41,500 bases of DNA from Minisyncoccota bacterium (lineage in GTDB: Bacteria > Patescibacteriota > Minisyncoccia > Phycocordibacterales > Phycocordibacteraceae), in NCBI GenBank assembly GCA_035438505.1, contig DAORIM010000003.1, positions 1 to 41,500 of the forward strand. Direction: 5' to 3'. Positions 1 to 8,009 of the stretch are shown in pieces. Both the position numbers and the translations under genes were made by a program. Position 1 is the stretch's first letter; every line of letters begins with the position of its first letter. Under the pieces are notes generated by a model, which searched no databases, was not told the DNA's origin, and was given only the letters and a program-made list of their open reading frames with translations.

Positions 1-905
1 AGCGCATGCTTGTGAGAAAACTTTTCAAAAGCTTCCTCGAGTCCTTCGAGCCACACACGCTCAATGGCAGCGCTCTCTTCGCCAAAGACTTGGTTTGCGG
101 ACGCGCTGAGCATTTCGGTTATGCCAAGATGCGCGCGATGCCCGGCCTTGCGAGCAGCTTCGAGGAGATCGTGGATGCCGTGCGGTACGGATTCACTGTG
201 GGTAAGGAGCCCGTGCTTAACGAACGCGATATCTGTAGCGGTGCCGGACACGTCAAGGACTATGAAATCCTTCTGGTGCGGGTAGAGGTCTCGAAATACG
301 GTGTAGGCAACTGGTGCAAAGGCTGTGAGTGAGATTTCTCCGGTATGAAATGTCCGGCGCAGAGAGGTTTCAATAGCATGAGCCGCCGCCTTGTCGAGCG
401 ACGACGTTAGGACAGTGAGATCTGCGCGCGTAACGCGCTTTCCAAAGGGATTCGCTGTTTCGTAGCCATTGAGCACCGTTGCAATAACTGTCCTTCCGCT
501 TGCTATACGGTCCTTCGGGAGCACAGTCTTTCCAACAGCGTCTAAATGAGCGCGTGTGAATAGAAAAGGACGCTTTTCTGCTATGTGCGCAGTTTCTATG
601 TGTGTATCCTGCCAGGGCGACGCTACGGAGACGAGTACATTGTCTACTGCGCCGCTTTTCGTCTCCCGATGAAGCGCCGGAGCACCTTCTTCTATCATGA
701 GGCGCTCAAGGAACGAGAGGGACCGGAGCATGCTCTCAGTTATTGTCTCCCCTTCACGCGGCTCGATAGTTACGCGGGCAGTGTAGTAGATAATCGGCTG
801 CGCGCCCTCAACAAAATGCGCGTATGCTCCGCCAACAGAGGCGGATCCGATGTCGATTAGCGCAACGGAACGTGCCTGCTTCTTTCCCGATGAAAAAAGA
901 CCCAT
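1..905 (-). CDS. actin/HSP70-fold ATPase (FtsA/PilM/MreB-superfamily-like), C-terminus cut by window edge
   Basis: Not in the ORF track because there is no stop inside the window. My translation from ATG at 905 stays open to nt 3: MGLFSSGKKQARSVALIDIGSASVGGAYAHF...DFIVLDVSGTATDIAFVKHG... DIGS and LDVSGTxTD resemble actin-fold phosphate-1/phosphate-2 motifs. Plus-strand ORFs 6..332, 64..285 and 585..860 are antisense shadows. Confidence 0.6.
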   Translation of the reverse strand, partial: MGLFSSGKKQARSVALIDIGSASVGGAYAHFVEGAQPIIYYTARVTIEPREGETITESMLRSLSFLERLMIEEGAPALHRETKSGAVDNVLVSVASPWQDTHIETAHIAEKRPFLFTRAHLDAVGKTVLPKDRIASGRTVIATVLNGYETANPFGKRVTRADLTVLTSSLDKAAAHAIETSLRRTFHTGEISLTAFAPVAYTVFRDLYPHQKDFIVLDVSGTATDIAFVKHGLLTHSESVPHGIHDLLEAARKAGHRAHLGITEMLSASANQVFGEESAAIERVWLEGLEEAFEKFSHKHA

Positions 906-911
906 GGAGGG

Positions 912-920
912 AGTATATCA
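912..920 (-). promoter_or_regulatory. extended -10 box TGATATACT, 6 nt upstream of ATG 905 (leaderless-type)
   Basis: Minus-strand TGATATACT followed by CCCTCC then ATG. Confidence 0.4.
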
Positions 921-952
921 GGATGCGCTGCTATTCATGATGCTCGATACAG

Positions 953-958
953 TATTAT
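953..958 (+). promoter_or_regulatory. -10 box TATTAT, 6 nt upstream of ATG 965
   Basis: TATTAT gagtgc ATG; no Shine-Dalgarno. Confidence 0.35.
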
Positions 959-964
959 GAGTGC

Positions 965-1288
965 ATGACGACGAAACTTTCCGCAGGCACCGTGCACACG
1001 CTTCCTCGGGATATGAAGGACGCCCTAGAGGCAAGCAAGGCTGCTAAAGCACTCTGGCAGGGACTAACGCCGCTTGCGCGTAACGAGTGGATTTGTTGGG
1101 TTACCTCAGTTAAGAAAGCTGAGACAAGGAAGGATCATATAAAGAGGTTGGTCTTCGAGCTTAGGGAGGGCAAGCGACGCCCTTGCTGCTGGATTGGGTG
1201 TATACACCGAACTGATAAGGAAATCAGTCCTTCGATTAAAGGGATACTCTCTAAGCGAGCGAAAACGGCAAAGAAGGGAGGAGAATAG
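965..1288 (+). CDS. YdeI/OmpD-associated (OmdA-like) family protein
   Basis: TPLARNEWICWVTSVKKAETRKDHIKRLVFELREGKRRPCCWIGCIHR matches my memory of the YdeI/OmdA C-terminal domain. Confidence 0.7.
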   Translation: MTTKLSAGTVHTLPRDMKDALEASKAAKALWQGLTPLARNEWICWVTSVKKAETRKDHIKRLVFELREGKRRPCCWIGCIHRTDKEISPSIKGILSKRAKTAKKGGE

Positions 1289-1406
1289 CGAGCTTTTGTG
1301 CTAGAAATAGCCCCTGTTATACTTGACAAATCACTATAAAATGTTAACTTAGTACCAACGCTCGCGGGACTTCCCCGACGGAGCTTGGTTCTAAAGGAAG
1401 AGCGCA

Positions 1407-1694
1407 ATGGAAAATATCGATTGGGTGTGGGTGGGCGTCGGTGCCCTGTGCATCGCCGGCAGCGCGGCTTCCATCCAGCTTATGATGGCCGCGAACAGCG
1501 TTTTTGCCCAGATGTGGCACTTCGTATACGTCGCTCTGCTGGGGGCTGTGGGTTGCATCACCTTCTTCACAGGCCTCGGTCTCGCCCACGGCGATTCCAG
1601 GCCCTCAGAGCATGTTGGTTGGCTGCTCATCGGAGGCAGTGCCTACGCAGCCTACTGCCTGGTGATGGTCACCTTGCGGCACTTCCGCAAATAA
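1407..1694 (+). CDS. small membrane protein (about 3 TM), GC-rich orphan
   Basis: 95 aa, hydrophobic segments. AAGGAAG RBS 8 nt upstream, own TTGACA -35-like box at about 1323 and an intrinsic terminator downstream. Codon third positions are visibly G/C-rich compared with neighbours. Confidence 0.6.
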   Translation: MENIDWVWVGVGALCIAGSAASIQLMMAANSVFAQMWHFVYVALLGAVGCITFFTGLGLAHGDSRPSEHVGWLLIGGSAYAAYCLVMVTLRHFRK

Positions 1695-1706
1695 ATTCGA
1701 CTCACA

Positions 1707-1739
1707 GGCCCGTTGACGCGTTGCGTCACGGGCCTTTTC
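1707..1739 (+). terminator. rho-independent terminator between convergent genes
   Basis: GGCCCGTTGACGC-GTT-GCGTCACGGGCC (12 bp with one bulged T) followed by TTTTCT. Confidence 0.7.
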
Positions 1740-1787
1740 TATTACTTGGGACTAGTCTGAAGCAGACTATTTGAGCCATCACTCAAC

Positions 1788-2240
1788 CTATTCTGGAAAG
1801 GAAAATATCTTTGCCGCGCCGTTAGATTCAATATGTCCCATCAAATCCTCCTGGCATAGGAACTTAGGGAGAATAGAGGTTGTTCTTGGATCTAAGAAAT
1901 CGATGCTTTCGATTTCCTCTGCTGCGTGCGTTGTGTTCTCTAGGTCTACTTCTAGATAATCAGCAGGATTTGCTATGTGGAAGAAGAACTCAAGCTGATC
2001 ATTTTCCTTAAATTGAAACTGATGGACATACAGCAGGTTTCCAATCTCCGGCGCCACCCCAGTCTCTTCGAGCATCTCGCGTACAAGAGCTACTTGTAAC
2101 GGCTCACCATCATCAACTGTTCCTCCAGGAAGACATCGCCAACCGCCTTCTAGTGCAGCCATCTCGTTGTACGGCTTCAACTTAACGCACAGAAGCTTCC
2201 TTTCGTGTACCGCGATGCCTCTTACGGAAACTCTTCTCAT
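1788..2240 (-). CDS. Nudix hydrolase
   Basis: Complete Nudix box GTVDDGEPLQVALVREMLEETGV (G-x5-E-x7-REUxEExGU). Confidence 0.85.
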   Translation of the reverse strand: MRRVSVRGIAVHERKLLCVKLKPYNEMAALEGGWRCLPGGTVDDGEPLQVALVREMLEETGVAPEIGNLLYVHQFQFKENDQLEFFFHIANPADYLEVDLENTTHAAEEIESIDFLDPRTTSILPKFLCQEDLMGHIESNGAAKIFSFPE

Positions 2241-2247
2241 GCTCGGA

Positions 2248-2256
2248 ACGATACCA
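2248..2256 (-). promoter_or_regulatory. extended -10 box TGGTATCGT, 7 nt upstream of ATG 2240
   Basis: Minus strand TGGTATCGT TCCGAGC ATG. Confidence 0.4.
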
Positions 2257-2265
2257 CGATTTTCG

Positions 2266-2281
2266 GGCAGTCTGGAACGAT
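2266..2281 (-). repeat. stop-proximal motif copy 1 (ATCGTTCCAGACTGCC)
   Basis: Lies 8 nt after the TAG of 2290..2877. It is 15/16 identical to copy 2 and related to copies 3 and 4. Confidence 0.5.
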
Positions 2282-2289
2282 ACCGAAAT

Positions 2290-2877
2290 CTATATAAAGA
2301 TTGTAGGAGGCTCGGCTACTAATTGATAAGTCTTCTTACCTGTCTTAGTTAGATAGTCACCTACTAATTTGAATCCAAGTGAATATCCTCCCCATTTTGG
2401 TAAACCCTCAGTCTCTGAACCTAAAAGCCAGGCATTGTTGTTGGAGTCTCGAGAATCAAATATAGGGCGCGCCCTAATCTCGAACTCTTCAAGTTGCATG
2501 CCACTCAGTGCAACAGACCAAGGACGAGGCCCTCCCCCATTTACTTCTATGTCGAAGTGATCCGCTAGTCCTTCGGTTATCATCGCTCCAAGCAGCGAAT
2601 CTTTTTCCCAGTTAATTGCTCTATTTCTTACTGCGTGATGGTACTCGTGTGTAACGGTACTACGAATTTCCCTTTCAAGGTTCTGCTGGAGGTTTATGTT
2701 CTCTGGATCTATATATATGAAGACGCTGTGGGAACTTGGAGTAAATCCGCCTGCTCCGGTTTGTGGAATAACAAATTCTGGATTGACTTCAACAATTATT
2801 TCAACATCGCTTACTCCGAAAATAGACTCAGCAACTTCCCTTGCACTCGCAGCCACCTTTTCAGCCTCTTCTTTCAT
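2290..2877 (-). CDS. putative Zn-dependent peptidase, HExxH (DUF2268-like)
   Basis: THEYHHAV HExxH motif followed by EGLADHF. Start trimmed from the track start 2883 (a TTG) to ATG 2877, which sits 6 nt after a -10 box. Confidence 0.55.
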   Translation of the reverse strand: MKEEAEKVAASAREVAESIFGVSDVEIIVEVNPEFVIPQTGAGGFTPSSHSVFIYIDPENINLQQNLEREIRSTVTHEYHHAVRNRAINWEKDSLLGAMITEGLADHFDIEVNGGGPRPWSVALSGMQLEEFEIRARPIFDSRDSNNNAWLLGSETEGLPKWGGYSLGFKLVGDYLTKTGKKTYQLVAEPPTIFI

Positions 2878-2883
2878 AATCAA

Positions 2884-2892
2884 ACGATATCA
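2884..2892 (-). promoter_or_regulatory. extended -10 box TGATATCGT, 6 nt upstream of ATG 2877
   Basis: Minus strand TGATATCGT TTGATT ATG. Confidence 0.4.
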
Positions 2893-2909
2893 CGAAGCAG
2901 AATACGGCT

Positions 2910-2925
2910 GGCAGTCTGGGACGAT
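2910..2925 (-). repeat. stop-proximal motif copy 2 (ATCGTCCCAGACTGCC)
   Basis: Lies 21 nt after the TAA of 2947..3363. Confidence 0.5.
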
Positions 2926-2946
2926 GTTGGAACTTTTACCAAGCAC

Positions 2947-3363
2947 TTAAGCCGCAGTTGCTAAATAATCCTTCAGTCTCTCCTGCAGCCTGGGGACAGC
3001 GTTCTCGTGAGCAATAAATTCCTCTGGTTCCATAAACTGCCACCTCTGACCTTCTTCTCCAAAGGAAATCGAATCGACGTCCTTCTTGCTTATTCTTGCT
3101 ACAAAAAAATGCGCGCGGCCGCCGGGGATATCAGTAGAGGGATACTCTTTTGTCCACACCACAGATTCAGGATCTAGATATATACCGAACTCCTCAATCA
3201 ATTCTCGCTGGACACACTCGATAGGGGTTTCGTTATCTTCTCGCCCTCCTCCAGGCAAATCCCACATACCAGCGAAATTAAGACCTGGCTTATCGTCTCG
3301 CAAATAGACTACCAGTTGATTCTCGTAATACAGAGCGATTTTGCAGCCAGTAAATGCAGTCAT
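2947..3363 (-). CDS. Nudix hydrolase
   Basis: Nudix box GGREDNETPIECVQRELIEEFGI. Confidence 0.85.
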   Translation of the reverse strand: MTAFTGCKIALYYENQLVVYLRDDKPGLNFAGMWDLPGGGREDNETPIECVQRELIEEFGIYLDPESVVWTKEYPSTDIPGGRAHFFVARISKKDVDSISFGEEGQRWQFMEPEEFIAHENAVPRLQERLKDYLATAA

Positions 3364-3370
3364 TGGCGCT

Positions 3371-3376
3371 AGTATA
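3371..3376 (-). promoter_or_regulatory. -10 box TATACT, 7 nt upstream of ATG 3363
   Basis: Minus strand TATACT AGCGCCA ATG. Confidence 0.35.
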
Positions 3377-3392
3377 CTCTCCTTTTATTGCT

Positions 3393-3411
3393 GGCAGACT
3401 AGGGATCGAAC
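3393..3411 (-). repeat. stop-proximal motif copy 3, tRNA T-arm-like (GTTCGATCCCTAGTCTGCC)
   Basis: Abuts the alaS TAG stop (3412..3414). The 16-mer 3396..3411 is identical to 19978..19993. Confidence 0.55.
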
Positions 3412-5328
3412 CTACTCAAGCACTGCCTTGATTCTGCGAATGCCCGCAGCAACAGCCTCCTCCTTCTGAATACGGAACTTCCTTCCCCCTGCGTGTATTT
3501 CAGACGTATTCGTAACATGCGGACCGCCACAGAACTCTAGAGAGAATGCGTTCGGAATGTCCGGATTCCCTTCTACAGCATGAGCAGGACCAACGGAATA
3601 CACCGAGACCATATCCGGGTACTTAACACCAAACTCCATCTGTGCTCCAAGCTTCTCAGCCTCGTCTCGCGGCATAACCGTGCGGGTAACGGGAAGATCC
3701 TGGTACACCACTTCGTTAACGATTCTCTCTACTTCAGCCTTCTGCTCGTCCGTCATCTTTCCTGGAGACGCAAAGTCGATGCGCAACCGCTCGCTCGTAA
3801 TGTTTGAGCCGCGCTGCACAACTTCGCTTCCAAGTACCATCTGAAGTGCCTTGAGAAGGATGTGGTGTGTAGTGTGGTATCGAACAGTCTGTTCTGAGTG
3901 GTCTGCGAGTCCGCCTGCGAACTTCTGCGCCGCTCCTGCGCGGGACTGGTCCTGGTGCTCCTTCATCTTTTGGGCAACTGCTTCAGTATCGAGCGTAAGT
4001 CCGCGCTCTTTTGCGAGCTCTTCCGTGAGCTCAATAGGGAAGCCGTAGCTTGTAAACAAAACGTATGCGTCTTCCGGCATAATCGCGCTCTTTGCTGCAA
4101 GCTTCTCAAACTCTTTAAGGCCTGTTGCGAGCGTCTTCCTAAACTTCTCTTCCTCCTTTGCTAGCTCTTCGCGTATTGTGTCAGCGTTCTGAAGTACGTA
4201 TGGGTATTGATCCGCATACGCTTCCCCGTATCCCTGAGCAACGTAAGCAAGTACGGCGTCCTTAATACCGAGTCTGTCTGCTTCGCGAATAGCGCGGCGA
4301 ATAAGACGGCGAAGCACATACCCTGCCTCAGTGTTGGAAGGCTTGATGCCTTCTGCAAGCATGAAGGATGCCGCGCGCATGTGGTCGAGGATGATGCGGA
4401 ATGCCTTGGTTGTAGCAGCATCAGATCCATAGGCAACGCCAGATCGCCCCTCAAGGACCGCTTTCGCTGCATCAAATACGTCAATCTGGAACACGTCAGA
4501 CTCGCCCATGCTTGTCGCCACAATGCGTTCAAGGCCGCCGCCGAAGTCCACGTTCTTCTTTGGAAGCTCAGAGAAGCTGCCGTCTGCATTCTTCATGTAC
4601 TGCATGAATACGGAGTTCGCGATCTCAACAAAGCGTCCGCAATCACAGTTAACGTGACAGTTCTCTCCCCACGAAGAGTCGTGCGGCGTGCCGAAGTCAT
4701 AGAAAATCTCTGAGTCCGGGCCACCGGGCTCTCCTGCTGGTTGCTTGGACGGTGCACCGGCGCGGCTCCACCAATTCTTGTCGCCGTACGCAAATATGCG
4801 CTCGCCTGCTTTCATGCCGCGCTCGTATCCTTCTTCTTCAGTGCCGATATGCGCAAACTCTGCATCGATACCCTTCTCTTTGAAAAGATCCTTCCAAAGC
4901 GCAACCGCTTCCATGTCCGCTTCAATGCCTGTAGCAGGGTCTCCGGAAAAGACTGTTACGTACAAGCGCTCAGGATCAAAGCCGAGTCCCTCTTCCTTGC
5001 TGGTTAGAAATTCAAATACCCACGGAAGCTGCTCCTGCTTGAAATAGTCTCCAAGAGACCAGTTTCCGAGCATTTCAAAAAATGTGGTGTGGCGATTGTC
5101 TCCCACTTCCTCAATGTCTCCGGCGCGGAACGAAAGCTGGGAATCAACCAGACGCGTTCCTGCCGGATGCTGCTCTCCTAAGAGATATGGCACCAACGGC
5201 TGCATACCCGACGACGTGAAGAGCGTCGTAGGATCGTTCCCGGGCACAATTGGCGCCGAAGGAATAACGGCGTGCCCGCGCTTCTCATAGAACGCAAGAA
5301 ATCGAGATCGTACTTCTGAAAGCCTCAT
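3412..5328 (-). CDS. alaS: alanine--tRNA ligase, short form without C-Ala domain
   Basis: N-terminus MRLSEVRSRFLAFYEKRGHAVIPSAPIVP..DPTTLFTSSGMQ. Editing-domain motifs HTTHHILLKAL and CGGPHV. Only 638 aa. Confidence 0.92.
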   Translation of the reverse strand: MRLSEVRSRFLAFYEKRGHAVIPSAPIVPGNDPTTLFTSSGMQPLVPYLLGEQHPAGTRLVDSQLSFRAGDIEEVGDNRHTTFFEMLGNWSLGDYFKQEQLPWVFEFLTSKEEGLGFDPERLYVTVFSGDPATGIEADMEAVALWKDLFKEKGIDAEFAHIGTEEEGYERGMKAGERIFAYGDKNWWSRAGAPSKQPAGEPGGPDSEIFYDFGTPHDSSWGENCHVNCDCGRFVEIANSVFMQYMKNADGSFSELPKKNVDFGGGLERIVATSMGESDVFQIDVFDAAKAVLEGRSGVAYGSDAATTKAFRIILDHMRAASFMLAEGIKPSNTEAGYVLRRLIRRAIREADRLGIKDAVLAYVAQGYGEAYADQYPYVLQNADTIREELAKEEEKFRKTLATGLKEFEKLAAKSAIMPEDAYVLFTSYGFPIELTEELAKERGLTLDTEAVAQKMKEHQDQSRAGAAQKFAGGLADHSEQTVRYHTTHHILLKALQMVLGSEVVQRGSNITSERLRIDFASPGKMTDEQKAEVERIVNEVVYQDLPVTRTVMPRDEAEKLGAQMEFGVKYPDMVSVYSVGPAHAVEGNPDIPNAFSLEFCGGPHVTNTSEIHAGGRKFRIQKEEAVAAGIRRIKAVLE

Positions 5329-5335
5329 TATGATG

Positions 5336-5344
5336 ACGATACCA
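5336..5344 (-). promoter_or_regulatory. extended -10 box TGGTATCGT, 7 nt upstream of alaS ATG
   Basis: Minus strand TGGTATCGT CATCATA ATG. Confidence 0.4.
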
Positions 5345-5351
5345 CAACCGC

Positions 5352-5357
5352 TATACT
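5352..5357 (+). promoter_or_regulatory. -10 box TATACT, 9 nt upstream of ATG 5367
   Basis: TATACT agaggctat ATG; divergent from the alaS promoter. Confidence 0.35.
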
Positions 5358-5366
5358 AGAGGCTAT

Positions 5367-7340
5367 ATGGCAAAATCCAAGGCCTCGTGGGGATTCGATA
5401 TTTCTGAGCTTGAGCCGAAAATTCGGCCCCAGGACGACTTCTATCATCACGTCAGCGTGAAGTGGATGAGAGCCAATCCTATACCAAGCACGGAAGCATG
5501 CTGGGGCTCGTTCCTTTCACTTCGTTACGACATTGAGAAGCAGCTCAGGACTCTTGTTGAGGAACTCGCTGCAAAGAAAGGTCTCCAAAAAGACAGCGCG
5601 GGGCGCATGGTTGCTGATTTCTACCGTTCTGGGATGGGTCGTGATCGAAGGAATGCGCTTGGTCTTACTCCGCTTGCAAGCTACTTAGAGAAGATGGAGA
5701 GAATTCGCAACATCGCAGATTTACAGAAAGTACTCGCCGAACTGCATTCTATTGGAGTTGGAGTGCTCTGGGGTGCTGATGTTGATCAGGATATGAAGAA
5801 TAGTGATGCGTATGCGCTCTATCTGGGTCAGGGTGGCTTGGGGATGCCTGATCGTGAGTACTATCTCAAGAATGATGCGGAGTCGACTCGAGTGCGCACT
5901 GCATACGCCAAGCACGTGGAAAAGCTCTTCACACTCATGGGCAAGTCTCTGTCCGAAGCACGCATGGCACGCGAAACGATACTGAAAATTGAAACTGCGC
6001 TTGCTGCAGCGTCTATGAAAAAGGAGGACATGCGTGATCCTGACAAGATCTACAATAAGTTGACCCTTGCGAAGCTCCAGAAGCTTGCGTCCCGTATCGA
6101 CTGGACACTCTATTTGAAGCGCATCCGTGCTGCAAAAGCGCCATACGTGCTTGTTCTGCAGCCAGACTTTTTCAGCGCAGTAAGCGAAATGCTCGAGTCC
6201 ATACCTCTTGAAGAATGGAAGGTATACCTCAGCTACCACGTCGTTAATGACTTCTCTGGAGCGCTCTCAGAGGACTTTGAAGCGCTCGCGTTCTCATTTT
6301 ACGGAAAGGTCCTTACCGGAAAAAAGACCATGAAGCCTTTGTGGCGCCGATCGCTTGCTTCAGTGAATGGCGGCCTCGGAGAAATACTCGGGAAGCTGTA
6401 CGTGGAGAGGCACTTCCCACCTGAGGCCAAGAAGAAAATGAATCTCCTGGTCGACGATTTGTTTACTGCGTACGAAGCACGCCTCAAATCGCTCACCTGG
6501 ATGACTCCGGCCACAAAAAAGAAGGCTCTCCTGAAGCTGAAGACCTTTACCCGAAAGATTGGATACCCAGATACGTGGCGCAACTACAAGGGACTGCGTA
6601 TTGAAGCGGATGAGTATGTAGGGAACCTTATTCGTACGAACGAGTACGAGCACGCGCGACACATGCGCAGACTTGGAAAGCCAATGGATAGAAACGAGTG
6701 GCTTATGTATCCGCAGACGGTTAATGCGTACTACCAGCCAACCATGAACGATATTGCGTTCCCTGCAGCAATTCTGCAGCCTCCATTCTTTAGCCTCACG
6801 AATGACGACGCGCTTAACTACGGAGCCATTGGTACAGTTATCGGCCACGAAATAACACACGGATTCGATGATGAGGGCTCCAAGTTTGACGCTAAGGGCA
6901 ACTTGAAGAGCTGGTGGACCTCTGAAGATAGGAAGCGCTTCATGGCGAAGGCTTCAAAAGTTGAGAAGCAGTTTAACCGCTACACGGTAGCTGACGGACT
7001 TCACGTGAACGGTAAGCTGACGCTTGGCGAGAATATTGCCGACCTTGGCGGCCTTTCTATTGCGTACGATGCGTATCAATTGCAGCTAGCGCGCACAGGA
7101 AGAAGCGACATTGATGGTCTCTCGCCAGAACAGCGATTCTTCGTTGGCTTTTCTCTTTTTGAGCGGGAGCACGCGCGTCCTGAGTTTACAAAAACACAGG
7201 TACTAACCGATCCGCACTCCCCGGGAGTATTTCGCATTAACGGCCCTGTTTCGAATTTCGAGCCGTTTTATAAAACCTACGGCGTTAAAAAAGGTGATGA
7301 GCACTTCCGTACACCAGGCGACAGAGAGATGGTGTGGTAA
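5367..7340 (+). CDS. pepO: M13-family zinc metalloendopeptidase (neprilysin/PepO-like)
   Basis: VIGHEITHGFDDEG (HExxH) and GENIADLGG motifs; 657 aa. Confidence 0.88.
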   Translation: MAKSKASWGFDISELEPKIRPQDDFYHHVSVKWMRANPIPSTEACWGSFLSLRYDIEKQLRTLVEELAAKKGLQKDSAGRMVADFYRSGMGRDRRNALGLTPLASYLEKMERIRNIADLQKVLAELHSIGVGVLWGADVDQDMKNSDAYALYLGQGGLGMPDREYYLKNDAESTRVRTAYAKHVEKLFTLMGKSLSEARMARETILKIETALAAASMKKEDMRDPDKIYNKLTLAKLQKLASRIDWTLYLKRIRAAKAPYVLVLQPDFFSAVSEMLESIPLEEWKVYLSYHVVNDFSGALSEDFEALAFSFYGKVLTGKKTMKPLWRRSLASVNGGLGEILGKLYVERHFPPEAKKKMNLLVDDLFTAYEARLKSLTWMTPATKKKALLKLKTFTRKIGYPDTWRNYKGLRIEADEYVGNLIRTNEYEHARHMRRLGKPMDRNEWLMYPQTVNAYYQPTMNDIAFPAAILQPPFFSLTNDDALNYGAIGTVIGHEITHGFDDEGSKFDAKGNLKSWWTSEDRKRFMAKASKVEKQFNRYTVADGLHVNGKLTLGENIADLGGLSIAYDAYQLQLARTGRSDIDGLSPEQRFFVGFSLFEREHARPEFTKTQVLTDPHSPGVFRINGPVSNFEPFYKTYGVKKGDEHFRTPGDREMVW

Positions 7341-7343
7341 TCG

Positions 7344-8006
7344 CTACCACGCAATTGGTTCTTGTCCTGTACGTGCGAGATACTCGTTCGCCCTGCTAAA
7401 CGGCTTGCTGCCAAAGAATCCGTTTGTAGCTGAAAATGGAGACGGGTGTGCGGATTCAATAACAAGATGCTTTGCGCGGTCTATACGCGCTCCCTTGGCG
7501 CGCGCGTAATTGCCCCAAAGTATGAATACGAGGTTCTCCTTTTCTTTGGAGAGTGTGTCTATAACTGCGTCCGTAAACTCCTCCCATCCCTTTCCCTGGT
7601 GTGATCCAGCAAGGCTTGCGCGCACCGTGAGCGTTGCGTTTAAAAGCAACACGCCTTGCTGCGCCCAACGGGAAAGATCTCCGTGCTTCAATACCGGGTT
7701 CCCAAGATCGCTCTCAAGTTCCTTGTAGATATTGCGCAGGGAAGGCGGAAGCGTAACTCCCTCCTCTACTGCAAAGGAAAGTCCTATGGCCTGCTTCGGG
7801 CCGTGGTATGGATCCTGTCCCAAGATAACCACCTTCACTTCGTCAAACGGCGTTAACTCAAACGCTCTGAATATGTGCTTGGGGTTCGGATATACATTCC
7901 CTTGCGCGTACTCTTCCTTAACGAACGCGGAGAGCTCCTGAAAGTACGGCTTATCGAACTCATCCGAAAGCCGTTCTTTCCATGATTTCTCTATGCGCAC
8001 ATTCAT
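7344..8006 (-). CDS. ung: uracil-DNA glycosylase, family 1
   Basis: GQDPYHGPKQAIGLSF and HPSPFSA motifs. Confidence 0.92.
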   Translation of the reverse strand: MNVRIEKSWKERLSDEFDKPYFQELSAFVKEEYAQGNVYPNPKHIFRAFELTPFDEVKVVILGQDPYHGPKQAIGLSFAVEEGVTLPPSLRNIYKELESDLGNPVLKHGDLSRWAQQGVLLLNATLTVRASLAGSHQGKGWEEFTDAVIDTLSKEKENLVFILWGNYARAKGARIDRAKHLVIESAHPSPFSATNGFFGSKPFSRANEYLARTGQEPIAW

Positions 8007-8009
8007 ACG

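Noticed and set aside
3385-3480. Possible tRNA gene on the minus strand, suggested by GGTTCGATCC T-loop-like sequence (also at 19975..20040).
   Set aside because: I could not build a cloverleaf. There is no D-arm or anticodon arm, the 5' acceptor partner is only a 5-bp GGCAG/CTGCC minihelix, the T-stem has a mismatch and there is no CCA. The upstream part lies inside the alaS and ychF coding sequences. I kept it as a repeat/motif, not a tRNA.
7334-7350. 6-bp hairpin GTGGTA-atcgc-TACCAC spanning both stop codons of the convergent pepO and ung.
   Set aside because: Too short and without a U tract to call a terminator; probably incidental.
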